From NCBI GenBank assembly GCA_964016885.1, contig OZ024763.1, forward strand, positions 7,812,001 through 7,876,000: a DNA stretch of 64,000 nt, read 5' to 3'. The stretch is from Eledone cirrhosa. Taxonomy: Eukaryota. Both the position numbers and the translations under genes were made by a program. The notes beneath the pieces are model-generated. The model searched no databases. It worked only from the letters and a program-made list of their open reading frames with translations, and was not told the DNA's origin. How positions within the stretch are numbered: position 1 is the first letter of the stretch; each line of letters starts with the position of its first letter. Positions 39,606-53,037 of this stretch are shown piece by piece.

Positions 39606-40048
39606 ACGGCGATGAATTAGTTTTGCGAGGTTTTTGATATGAAATCGTGTGTCGAAACAAATATTGTTAAACTTGGGGAGGGTCATATTGTTAAACTTGG
39701 GGAGGGTCATATTGTAATAATATTGCCAGAATTAATAACAGAACACACTCACTGTTTGGTTGGTTTTCGCTTCTGTGTCTTTTATATCGGTTAATTTAAT
39801 TTATTCGGTCCTCAATGTTGCCATTGACTGACCAACGGTCAAAAATACAGATACAATATAGACACAAACACATATATATAGTCTATCAAAGTTCTTTCGT
39901 TGCACATCTGCAACATCGTCAGTGTTGCTGTTATGTTTCCTCCCATTGCATTGTATGCTTACGCCATCTTTATTTAGTCTGAGAGTGTGTTCTGTTATTA
40001 ATTCTGGCAATATTACACAAATATGACCCTCCCCAAGTATAACAATAT
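39605..40048 (-). mobile_element. Solo copy of the PLE 3' pseudo-LTR with about 66-bp inverted terminal copy; hammerhead at 39885-39926
   Basis: 39700-39970 aligns with 19330-19620; inverted repeat 39685-39751 / 39983-40048. Confidence 0.8.
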
Positions 40049-40092
40049 ATTTATATATATATATATGCATATATACATATGTATATATGCAC

Positions 40093-40135
<43 letters not shown>

Positions 40136-40216
40136 TAGATAGATATATATATCATCATCATCGTTTAACGTCTATCTTCCACGCTAGCATGGGTTTATGC
40201 ATATATATATGCATAT

Positions 40217-40270
<54 letters not shown>

Positions 40271-40443
40271 GTATATATGTGTATATATGCATATATATAT
40301 ATATATATATATATACATACACATATATACATATATATGTATACATATTTATATATACCGATATAAATGTATATATGCATACAGATACATGTACACATAT
40401 ATATAAATAGAAACTTATATATAAGCATACTACATATATATAA

Positions 40444-40494
<51 letters not shown>

Positions 40495-40775
40495 ATTATA
40501 TATATAGCTGCCTTTTGCATGATTGTCAGTTGGTCGTCTGTTTTCAATGATTTTATTCCACATGACCAACACTGTCTTACAACAGTAACAACAACAACAA
40601 CAACAATAACAACAGTAACAACAACAGTAACAACAACAACAGTAACAACAACAACAACAACAATAACAACAGTAACAACAACAGTAACAACAACAACAGT
40701 AACAACAACAACAACAGTAACAACAACAACAACAACAACAATAACAACAGTAACAACAGTAACAACAACAACAGT

Positions 40776-40806
<31 letters not shown>

Positions 40807-41503
40807 GTAACAACAACAACAACAACAACAATAACAACAGTAACAACAACAGTAACAACAACAACAGTAACAACAACAACAGTAACAACAACAACAGTAA
40901 CAACAACAACAGCAGCAGCAGCAGCAGCAGTAGTCTATTCACATAGCGGAGAGTTCCGGAAATGAGAAACACATCTATGAGGAAACAAACCAGGGTATAC
41001 TATATAGATGGTGGTGGTGGTGGTGGTGATAGTGGTGGTGGTGGTAGGGGTGGTGGTATGTGTGGAGGGGTAGTGGTGGTGGTGATGGGGTTGGGGTGAT
41101 ATTGGTGGTGGTGGTGGTGGTGGTATGTGTGGGTGGGGGTAGTGGTAGTGGTGATGGGGGGGGGGGGTAGTGGTGGGGGGGGGGGGGGGGTAGTAGTGGT
41201 GGTGCGGTAGTGGTGGTGGTGGTAGTGGTGGTGGTGGTAGTGGTAGTGGTGGTGGTGGTGTGGTGGTGGTGGTGTGGTAGTGGTGGTGGTGGTGTGGTGG
41301 TGGTGGTGTGGTAGTGGTGGTGGTAGTAGTGGTGGTGTTAGTGGTATGTGTGTGTGTGTGGGGGGGGGGGGGCAATAAAGAAACCACACCAGTAAAAAAA
41401 AGTGTATTGGAGAACGGGGAGGGTAGGGAAGAGAGTGGGTAAGAGAGAGAGGGAAAGAGGGAGATAGAGAGAGAGAGAGAGACAGAAACAGATAAAGAGA
41501 GAG

Positions 41504-41537
<34 letters not shown>

Positions 41538-44002
41538 CGAGAGAGAGAAACAGATAAAGAGAGAGAGAGATAGATAGATAAAGTGATAGAGAGAGAGAGA
41601 AAGGGAGAGAGAGATGAGCGATAGAGAGAGAGAGAGAAAGGGAGAGAGAGATGAGCGATAGAGAGAGAGAGATAGAGAGAAAAACAGAAAGAGAGAGAGA
41701 GAGAGAGAAAGACTTGTTCATTATATTTAATGTGTTATATATTTTAGGCAATGTTGTTAGAATCTTGGTTGACTGTTTCAATTATTTTGAGAAAAAAATA
41801 CAAGACTGAGACGGAAAGAAAGAGATCAAGTGAGAGAGAGAGAGAGAGAGAGACATCAAGATAGAGGTCAAGTGAGAGAGAGAGAGACATCAAGATAGAG
41901 ATGGAGAGAGAGAGATACCAAGATAGAGATGAAGTGAGAGAGAGAGAGATATCAAGACAGAGATCAAGTGAGAGAGAGAGAGATATCAAGATAACGATGA
42001 AGTGAGAGAGAGAGATATCAAGATAGAGATCAAGGGAGAGAGAGAGAGATATCAAGACAGAGATGAAGTGAGAGAGAGAGAGATATCAAGACAGAGATCA
42101 AATGAGAGAGAGAGAGATATCAAGATAACGATGAAGTGAGAGAGAGAGATATCAAGATAGAGATCAAGGGAGAGAGAGAGAGATATCAAGACAGAGATCA
42201 AGTGAGAGAGAGATATCAAGACAGAGATCAAGGGAGAGAGAGATATCAAGACAGAGATCAAGTGAGAGAGAGAGAGAGATATCAAGATAGAGATCAAGTG
42301 AGAGAGAGATGAAGAGAAAGACTTGTGTTAAATATTCCTAGCAATGTTAAGTTCCAACTTGACTTTTTCAATTATTTTGAGAAAAAAACAAATTTCTGTC
42401 CCACCAAAACAAAATGGTGAAATATAGAAAGTGTTGTAAAATAGAAATGATTTATTGTTTTTAGATGGGGTTTTCTCACTTTACTCACTCCCTCTCTCTC
42501 TCTTTCACTCTCACTCTCCAACTTTTTCCTTCTCTCTTTATCTCTTACTCTCTCTCTCCTTCTCTCTCTCTCACTCTCCATTTCTCTCTCCTCTTCACTC
42601 TCTCTCTCTCCTCCTCACTCTCTCTCCATCCTCCTTTCTCTTCCACTCTCTCCCTCTCTCTCTGCGTCTCTCCTCCCCCTCTCTCTTACCCCTACCATTA
42701 TGTCAACCTTGTGGGGTATAGTATAGTATGGTATTGTATGGTATAGTATGGTATAGTATAGTTTGGTATAGTATAGTATGGTATAGTATGGTATAGTATA
42801 GTATAGTATGGTATAGTATGGTATAGTATAGTATGGTATTGTATGGTATAGTATGGTATAGTATAGTTTGGTATAGTATAGTATGGTATAGTATGGTATA
42901 GTATAGTTTAGTATGGTATAGTATAGTATAGTATGGTATAGTATAGTATGGTATAGTATAGTATAGTATAGTATGGTATAGTATGGTATGGTATTTCTTA
43001 CACAATCATCTCACGTAATATCGAATCTATGAGATTTTGATGATATTTATCTTGAGAACAATACCTTAACATCAGTATGAGTGGTCAGTTTACAACCTGT
43101 TTCAACAGTAATGCACTGGGGTCGATTTAACCAACTCCCCCCACCCACACCCACCCCTTCAAATGTCTGGCCTTGTGTCTAAAATAGAAACAAATTATTA
43201 TATCTGTTTACTATCCAGTTGTAAATCTGATTCTAACATCCAGTTGAATCCAGTTCTATCCAGTTCTATCTAGTTGAATCTAGTTGAATCTAGTTCCAAC
43301 CGATCACATCTCTCTGCTATCGTATCATTCTTTTATCATATTTGTCGGTAATTATAGATTCAACAAGGAAAAGATACGAAAATATCTGTAAATATCTGTT
43401 TGTCCGTGCAATATGAACACGTTGGCGAACAGACAAGCTGACAAATCAATCGGGATATTTTAATGACGAGAGAAGATAATTCAAGCCGAGACAACTTAAG
43501 CTGCCATTTAATTAATATGATAAAATATCGTTATAGATTTGATAATGATGGCAGGCAGATGTATTTCTAATTAGATTGTGTAATATGGATATGGCTATAG
43601 ACTGAGGAGAAGTGAGAAGACAGGGGTAGGGCTTTATATCTCAGCTGGATTCTTTGGAAACTGTGTGTGTATGTGTATGCATGTGTGTATATGCATGTGT
43701 GTGTATGTTTGTGTATGTATGTAAGTAGGTAGGTATGTATGTGTGTTTGTGTGTGTGTATGTGTGTGTCTATGTATGTAGGTAGGTATGTATCTATGAGT
43801 GTATGCATGTGTGTGTATTTATGTATGTGTGTATCTATGTGTGTATGTGTATATGTGTGTGTATGTATATGTATATATGTATGTGTATCTATTTGTGTGT
43901 GTGTGTGTGTGTGACATGTGTGTATGCATGTACAGAAGAAGAAAAAGATATTTATATAAATATATATGTACATACACATATATATATATATGTGTATAAT
44001 GA

Positions 44003-44048
<46 letters not shown>

Positions 44049-44100
44049 TTTCTGAATTTGTTTAGCAAGATTCTTTATCTGAAATCGTGTGTTGAAACCG

Positions 44101-44607
44101 ATATTGTTATACTTTGGGAGGGTCATGTTGCCAATAAGAAACACACGCACCAGTTGCTTTCACTTCAATTTAATTTAATATATATTTATAAATTTACAAA
44201 TTTATAAATTTCTGGTTGGTTGGTTGGTTCCACAACCAGATAGTTGTTTATATATATATAGTCATAGTTCTTTCGTCACACACTCTGTGACCTCTTCAGT
44301 GACTGGGGATTTCTTTCTTCGTTTCTGTGCCTTTCCTTTCTTCTATCCTACGCCATTTTGTGGCGTAGGATAGAAGAAAGGAAAGGCACAGAAACGAAGA
44401 AAGAAATCCCCAGTCACTGAAGAGGTCACAGAGTGTGTGACGAAAGAACTATGACTATATATATATAAACAACTATCTGGTTGTGGAACCAACCAACCAA
44501 CCAGAAATTTATAAATTTGTAAATTTATAAATATATATTAAATTAAATTGAAGTGAAAGCAACTGGTGCGTGTGTTTCTTATTGGCAACATGACCCTCCC
44601 AAAGTAT

Positions 44608-44615
<8 letters not shown>
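44101..44615. mobile_element. 255-bp-arm palindrome of a pseudo-LTR module; hammerheads at 44260-44304 (-) and 44412-44456 (+)
   Basis: Arms 44101-44355 and 44361-44615, spacer ttttg; agtca-CTGAAGA-g-gtcac(agagtgt)gtgac-GAAA-gaac-TA-tgact. Confidence 0.9.
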
Positions 44616-44649
<34 letters not shown>

Positions 44650-44680
44650 AGATCAAAAGATGGTTAAAGGAGTTCCATGT

Positions 44681-44749
44681 ATTTTATTATGCGCATTTCA
44701 AAAACAAACATCATCATGCAATAATATTTGTGTTTTCATCAGATAAAAC
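44681..44749 (-). ncRNA. Type I hammerhead motif with intact core
   Basis: gttttat-CTGATGA-aaacacaaatat(...)atgtttgttttt-GAAA-tgcgca-TA-ataaaat. Confidence 0.75.
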
Positions 44750-45076
44750 AGGAGAACATGATATGAAGGCTAAAAAACACTTGTGGATAGTGCAGTTTTA
44801 AATCAACATATGAGTAGAGTGCTTCTTATCCGATATCTGCATTGCTTTATTGTACTACAATAAAACTCACCTCCTACATATATATATATATATATATATA
44901 TGTATGTCAACCATATATGGTTAGCATATGTTGATGCCCTAAACACAGACACTGGTCTCTTGGAGATACAGCATATGAAAACGATGATGAGGGACAGAGA
45001 CCACTGAAGAGAACTCGTCCATGGATCTCAGGAATTTTATCCTGTCTCTCTCTATTTATATATATATAATTTTATC

Positions 45077-45129
<53 letters not shown>

Positions 45130-45589
45130 TATATAAATGAGAAAATTCATTGCGAGAACAGCCTTTAAAACCCATTTAAATACTGTCAGAGACAGCAATA
45201 GGCCAAAATACCTCACAGATCTCTGGTCTCTGATCTATTTTTGCCCATCGCTGTCTTTGACAGACCACCACACCACTCAACACCACACCACAGACCACAA
45301 GAGACCACCACACCACTCAACACCACCCCGAACCACACAGTTCTCCTATCCCTATCCCACACCATACAACCTACATTAACCTGTTTATTTCCAAATCTCT
45401 AATGAAATTCACTGCCTCTGTCTTTCAATTTAATGTCGAAAATAATCAAATATTTGCAGCATTTTAATCCAATAACTAACACTTCCATTAATAAACTGAT
45501 ATTTAGAACATTACTTGAAAAATATTTCTTAAATATAATCAAGATGGAAGAATTTAATTTAAGGAGAAACATTTTAAACCGAGCAATTT

Positions 45590-45715
45590 CAATTCCCCGT
45601 CTTTAACAGCTGTCGACATCCTTACAATATCAGAAAACAATACGCTCACATGACTTTCGGAGACATTTTTTTCATGCTCAGAGTTGCTGAAGCATGGAAC
45701 AAACTACCTGCATCA
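45590..45715 (+). mobile_element. CR1/L2-type LINE 3' remnant (partly duplicated at 46045-46087)
   Basis: [20 protein letters not shown] matches the FF..RV...WN.LP terminal motif. Confidence 0.65.
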
Positions 45716-45725
45716 TAATTATTAT

Positions 45726-45766
<41 letters not shown>

Positions 45767-45839
45767 AGTGTGTGTGTGTGTGTGTGTATATATATGTATA
45801 TACATATATATATGTGTATATATATATATGTGTATACAA

Positions 45840-45871
<32 letters not shown>

Positions 45872-45941
45872 GTATATATATATAGAGAGAATATTTAAGT
45901 ATCGAGAGAGAGAAGAAGAGATAAGCAATACATATAGTTAG

Positions 45942-46007
<66 letters not shown>

Positions 46008-46085
46008 GTAGATATAGATATATATACATATACATATATATATGGAAACATTTTTTTTCATGCTTAGAGTTCCTGAAGCATGGAA

Positions 46086-46829
46086 CCAGAAGTTGATGGC
46101 AGTGAGTAGGGAGGTAGCCCTAGGGCCAAGGACACCAGAAGTCGATGGCAGTGAGTAGGGAGGTAGCCCTAGGGCCAAGGACACCAGAAGTCGATGGCAG
46201 TGAGTAGGGAGGTAGCCCTAGGGCCAAGGACACCAGAAGTCGATGGTGGTGAGTAGGGAGGTAGCCCTAGGGCCAAGGACACCAGAAGTCGATGGCAGTG
46301 AGTAGGGAGGTAGCCCTAGGGCCAAGGACACCAGAAGTCGATGGCAGTGAGTAGGGAGGTAGCCCTAGGGCCAAGGACACCAGAAGTCGATGGCAGTGAG
46401 TAGGGAGGTAGCCCTAGGGCCAAGGACACCAGAAGTCGATGGCAGTGAGTAGGGAGGTAGCCCTAGGGCCAAGGACACCAGAAGTCGATGGCAGTGAGTA
46501 GGGAGGTAGCCCTAGGGCCAAGGACACCAGAAGTCGATGGTGGTGAGTAGGGAGGTAGCCCTAGGGCCAAGGACACTAGAAACCAATGGTATTAAGTAGG
46601 GAGGTAGCCCTAGGGCCAAGGACAGCAGAAGTCGATGGTGGTGAGTAGGGAGGTAGCTCTAGGGCCAAGGACACTAGAAACCAATGGTATTAAGTAGGGA
46701 GGTAGCCCTAGGGCCAAGGACACCAGAAACCAATGGTGGTAAGTATGGAGGTAGCCCTAGGGCCAAGGACACCAGAAAGCAATGGTAGTAAGTAGGGAGG
46801 TAGCCCTAGGGCCAAGGACACCAGAAGTC
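46086..46829. repeat. 49-bp GC-rich minisatellite (about 15 units)
   Basis: ccagaagtcgatggcagtgagtagggaggtagccctagggccaaggaca. Confidence 0.95.
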
Positions 46830-47143
46830 TCCACTGCTACAATAAATCCAGGCAGATATCAAGTACTTCAGTATGAAGATGGTTAACTCTACCCTAAAAT
46901 ATTCTGCTGAAGTCTTGAGTCATTCCATTCCAAACTGTCTTAAAATAATCAATATTGGCTATTTACTGAGGTGGTTTCTATATTTATTGATCTATTGTTT
47001 TATTGTTCCACTGCTCTGATTGATTCCAAGTGATTGATTCATTCATAAGTCCACTGTATTGATTTGTCAAATGTCTTGATGAAAAATGAGAGAGAGAGCA
47101 AGATCTTGTTTATATATGACTGAAGTTTCTCTCTTGCTCTCTC

Positions 47144-47207
<64 letters not shown>

Positions 47208-47208
47208 A

Positions 47209-47262
<54 letters not shown>

Positions 47263-47346
47263 GATAGATAGAGAGATGTAAAGAGATAGATAGATAGATA
47301 TAGATAGATAGATAGATACACACACAAATATATATATGTATGTGTA

Positions 47347-47403
<57 letters not shown>

Positions 47404-47518
47404 TTGTTTATGTGTGTGTGTGTATATATATATACATATATATATATATATGCATAGAGATAGATAGATGTAAAGAGATAGATAGATAGATACACACACA
47501 AATATATATATGTGTGTA

Positions 47519-47585
<67 letters not shown>

Positions 47586-50500
47586 AAGTGTGTGTGAGAG
47601 TGTTTACATATATATGCCTATAAATGTATATATATATATATGTGTGTGTATGTATATATATGTCTATGTGAGTGTATATATGTATATGATTATATATATA
47701 TGTGTGTATGTATATATATATATATGCGTGTGTGTATATATATGTATGTGTGTGTATATATACATGTGACTGTGTGTATATATATATGTGTGTATATATA
47801 TATATACTATCATCACTGTTTAACATCTATTTTCTATACTTGCTAGGGTTAGACATGTTGTCACATCACATTCTGATGCCTGATTGGTCAGGAGACTACA
47901 TCCTGTGTGTGTGTATATGTATGTGTGTGTCTGTGTGTGCCTGTCTGAGTGTATATGTATATGTCTGTGTGTGGCTGTGTGTATATGTATATGTCTGTGT
48001 GTATATGTATGTGTGTGTCTATGTCTGTGTGTATATGTATGTGTGTCTATGTCTGTGTGTATATGTGTATGCATCTGTGTGTGTGCGTGTCTCTGTGTGT
48101 CTGCGTGTGTGTGTGTGCCTGTGTGTCTCTGTGTGTGTGTATGTGTGTCTCTGTGTGCCTGTGTGTCTGTGTGTGTGTGTGCGCGTGTGTGTCTGTGTGT
48201 GCCTGTGCCTCTGTGTCTCTGTGTGTGTGCATGTGTGTACGTGTCTCTGTGTGCCTGTGTGTGTGCGTGTGTGTGTGTGTGTGTGTAGAAAACTCAGCAA
48301 ACAAAAGATCAAGAGGAGTTTTCAGTGGTATGGAGAGGGGGAGACCCGTATGTATGGGTGACTGCTGGTCTTTCTCAAACAAACTTTGCCTGGACTTGTG
48401 CCTCTGAGGGAAACTTTCTAGATACAAAACCATGGTCATTAGTGACCAGGAGCTATTACTCATATTCAACTACTAGAGACAGCCTCAGTGGGATTTGAAC
48501 TCAGAACATAAACCACTGTAGCTAAATACCACAAGACCTCTTCCCATTCTGCTAATCCAGTTGACAAGCAAAAATAAAATTTAAAAAATGTGTTAAAATT
48601 TCAAAGGAAAGGACAAGGAATACAACAGGAGGAAACATAGAAATATCACTGATGATGTCTCAGTTGTGTGACAAAAGAACTATATTTACATTTATATTTT
48701 TAACTGTTGGTCAATCAATGATAAACATTGATTGCCAGCTGAATTAATTATAAATATCTAAAAAAATATACTCAGAACACAAAACCGTTGTAACTAAATA
48801 CCACAAATCTTCTTCCGATTCTTGTTAATCTGGTTGACAAGCAAAAATAAAATTTTTAAAAAGCTATTAAAATTTCAAAGGAAAGAACTATATTAAAATG
48901 TTAAAATCTATGAGATTTTGATATTTATTTTAAGAACAATACCTTAATGTCGGTTACAATGAGTTTGAAGAGAAAGAGGTGAGAGAATTTTGGCCAGATA
49001 CGGCAGGTTTAAAAGCTAGAAGGTTTAAAGGCTAGAAGGTTTAAATGCTAGAAGGTTATGCAACAACTAAACTAGAATCTCTCAGGAATTAAATAAATAA
49101 ATATTTCTGAGTGCAGGCTTTGGATTAAATCTGTTTAATCTATGCAAAGTTTTAGTGTTGGGAAAATTTGATTAAATTGACTTTTGGCCATAAGTGAACA
49201 TCTCTCGTTGAAATACTGTTACAACTCTTGCCTACATGCTACAGATTCCCTGGTGAACATTTGTAGTGATTAACCAAGCAAACAAAGTTTGTCGTTTCAT
49301 TAATAATAGACGAACGTGACCCGGAATACGAGATTGGTTTAAAGCTGTGGTGGATTTTTGTGGATTAGTGGTACAATAAATACAGAGGATGTTGTGTTGC
49401 CACTAAACATAAACATACGGAGATTTGCATGAATACCAAGTGGCTACATGAATTCTGTCAGCAGGTTGGTTGAAGTGGAGGGTGAGGGGGGAAGGGGATA
49501 GAGGGGAGGAGGAAGGGGTGAGAGTGATGAGAGTGGAAGGATGGGGTGAGTGGGTGGAGAGCGAGGAGAGTGGAAGGATGGGGTGAGTGGGTGGAGAGCG
49601 AGGAAAGGGTGCAGAGGGAGGTGAGGATGGGGAATGGGGAGGGGAAGGTGGGGAGGGGTGGAATGAGGAGAGGGGAGAGGAGAGAGGAAGAAGGGAGGGA
49701 AGGAGAGGAGGGGAAGGGGGGAATAAAAGAGGATGGAGAGCGAGGGAGAGGAAGGAGGGAGGGTGGGATGAAAGGGGGGAGAGGGGAAGGAGAGAGGAAG
49801 AAGGGTAGGAAGGGGAAAAAGGAGAGGAGGGAAGTAAGTAAGGAAGGAAATAAAATTATGGAAGGACACACAGACCAAAGTGACATAGAAAAGGGAGGAG
49901 GGGAGGAAGGAGGAGGGAGAAGGATGGAGGGAGAAGGATGGAGGGAGAGGAGAGAAGTAAGTAAGGAAGGAAATAAAATTATGGAAGGACACACAGAACA
50001 AACTAACATAGAAATGACATCCATAAATTTATGGAAGAACACTGTCGTAATAAATTTATGGCAGAAGCACATTGGCATAAAAAAGTCATTGGTATAGTTA
50101 TGGGAGGACATTAGCGCAAGAACGACACCAGTATATGTAAGGAAGGGCATTTGTACAAAAATACCACCAGTATATGTATGGAAGAGCAATAGCACAAAAA
50201 CGCCATAATTGGTTCAAAAGATGATATAAATATATTTATGGAAGGACATCAGCATTACATATATACATATATATATATATATGTGTGTGTAGTGGTGGTG
50301 GTGGTGGTGGTAGGGGTGGTGGTGGTGGTAGGGGTGGTGGTGGTGGTGGTGGTGATGGTGGTGGTGGTGATGGTGGTGGTGGTGGTGTGGTGATGGTGAT
50401 AGTGGTGGTGGTGGTGGTTATGGTGGTGGTGATGGTAGTGGTGGTGATGGTGGTAGTAGTGATGGTGGTGGTGGTGATGGTGGTGGTAGTAGTGATGGTG

Positions 50501-51523
50501 GTGGTGGTGGTGGTGATGGTGGTGGTGATGGTAGTGGTGGTGATGGTGGTAGTAGTGTTGGTGGTGGTGGTGGTGGTAGTGATGGTGATGGTGGTAGTAG
50601 TGATGGTGATGGTGGTAGTAGTGGTAGTGGTGGTGAAGGAAAAGATGCAGATGATGGTGAAGGTGGTGATGGTGTTGGTAGAGGTTACATAGAGAAGAAG
50701 GGGAAGACGAAGTGGTTGTGGGAGGAGTGGTGTGGTTATATAGAGAGGGGGGCGGTGATGTGTTTTATTGAAAAATATTTATTAGAATTTTCAATATACT
50801 GTTGACATAAAACGTGTCGATAGTGTAGTGGTGGTAGTACTAGTGGTAGCAGTGGGGGTGGTAGTGGTAATGGTGGTAGGGGTGCATGTGGTGGTGGTGG
50901 TAGGGATGCATGTGGTGGTGGTGGTAGGGATGCATATGGTGATGGTGTGTAGGGATGCATGTGGTGGTGGTGTGTAGAGGTGCATGTGGTGGTGGTGTGT
51001 AGAGGTGCATGTGGTGGTGGTGTGTAGAGGTGCATGTGGTGGTGGTGTGTAGAGGTGCATGTGGTGGTGGTGTGTAGAGGTGCATGTGGTGGTGGTGTGT
51101 AGGGATACAGGTGGTAAGGGTGCATGTGGTGGTGGTGTGTAGAGGTGCATGTGGTGGTGGTGTGTAGAGGTGCATGTGGTGGTGGTGTGTAGAGGTGCAT
51201 GTGGTGGTGGTGGTGGTGTGTAGAGGTGCAGGTGGTAGGGGTGCATGTGGTGGTGGTGGTATAGATGGTGGTCGAGGTGATGGTATTGGTGTATATGGAA
51301 GTAATCGTAGTGGTGAGAGAGAGAGAGAGAGTGATTGAGGAGAAGTGAGAAAGCGATATAGAGGAAGAATCGACCCCAGTATTAAACTGGTACTTTTTTT
51401 TATCAATCTTGAACCTTGAAAGGATAAAAAACCAAGTTGACCATAACAAGATTTGAACTCAGAACACTGGAATACTGCAAAATATGTTAACCGACCTTCT
51501 AATGACTGCCCTAATCCACTGCC

Positions 51524-51599
<76 letters not shown>

Positions 51600-51918
51600 A
51601 ATGAAGTAATTCCGTCGGAAAAGTCGTCCAGGAAAAAAGAGTGCTCTATGTATGCAACAGAGCTTAATTATTATTATGTAATAAACAACATAAGGCAATT
51701 ATTCCATTTACATGTAAATGGAATAATTGCCTTATGTTGTTTATTACATAATTGTTTCTACTTTTGGCACAAGGCCAGCAATTACCCAGTGCATTACTGG
51801 TACTTTATTTTATCGACCCCCGTAAGGATGAAAGGCAAAGTCAACCTCGGCGGGATTTGAACTCAGATCGTAAAGGGATGTTGTTTATTACATAATAATA
51901 TATATATATATATATTAT

Positions 51919-51952
<34 letters not shown>

Positions 51953-51954
51953 AT

Positions 51955-52018
<64 letters not shown>

Positions 52019-52035
52019 TATATAATATATATAAT

Positions 52036-52099
<64 letters not shown>

Positions 52100-52116
52100 T
52101 ATATAATATATATAAT

Positions 52117-52184
<68 letters not shown>

Positions 52185-52186
52185 AT

Positions 52187-52245
<59 letters not shown>

Positions 52246-52350
52246 CAAATTTAAATAATTTTGAAAACCATACAATGCACTGGAAAATTAAAACTTAAAT
52301 CTGCCTTCCTAACAAGTCATCTTCGATCGATCCTTTAAGTCTCTCACGGG

Positions 52351-52400
52351 GATAGTCTCTTGATAAAGGATTTTTAAACCTGAAAATATTTGGGATTATC
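52351..52400 (+). ncRNA. Hammerhead motif with U3-A8 core variant
   Basis: gatagtctc-TTGATAA-agg(atttttaaa)cct-GAAA-atat-TT-gggattatc; 9-bp helix I including G-U pairs. Confidence 0.75.
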
Positions 52401-52523
52401 AAATTTGCTAAGGAAAGATTCTATTGTTATCTTAGCAATTTTAATTTTCTAATGCATTGTATGGTTTTCAAAATTATTCAAATTTGTGTTTACTGTTCAA
52501 CAATGCTTCAAGCAAACTACAAC

Positions 52524-52577
<54 letters not shown>

Positions 52578-52751
52578 CATATCTGTCTGACGACCGATCC
52601 AGACGTATATTATTATCGTATGTGATCCAGAAACCTTTGGTAATGGAGTAGTTATATTTTGTGTTGTTCACTTTCTAATAAAATAGCTCTGTTCTATACA
52701 TAGAGCACTCTTTTTTCCTTTGCTTTTCCTTCGGAATTACCTAACACACAC

Positions 52752-52803
<52 letters not shown>

Positions 52804-52959
52804 TGAGTCAGGAGCCCGACAGCTGAGGTTCTGCCGTTTCAACCGCTAGTTCCTGACTTATTCATATATCTATACTCTACTACCCCAAGTATTGAGTACT
52901 CTGCTGAGTAAAGGTCTAACCAGTTTCCAACTGAATCCATCTTGATGTATATATATATA

Positions 52960-53037
52960 TAAAGTGTCACCCAAAAATGTATACACACTTTAACAGCATC
53001 TCATCAAAGTGTGTATACATTTTGGTGGGACACCCTG
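52960..53037. mobile_element. Tiny Tc1/mariner-type MITE
   Basis: gtgtcacccaaaaatgtatacacacttt / aaagtgtgtatacattttggtgggacaccctg-ta. Confidence 0.65.
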
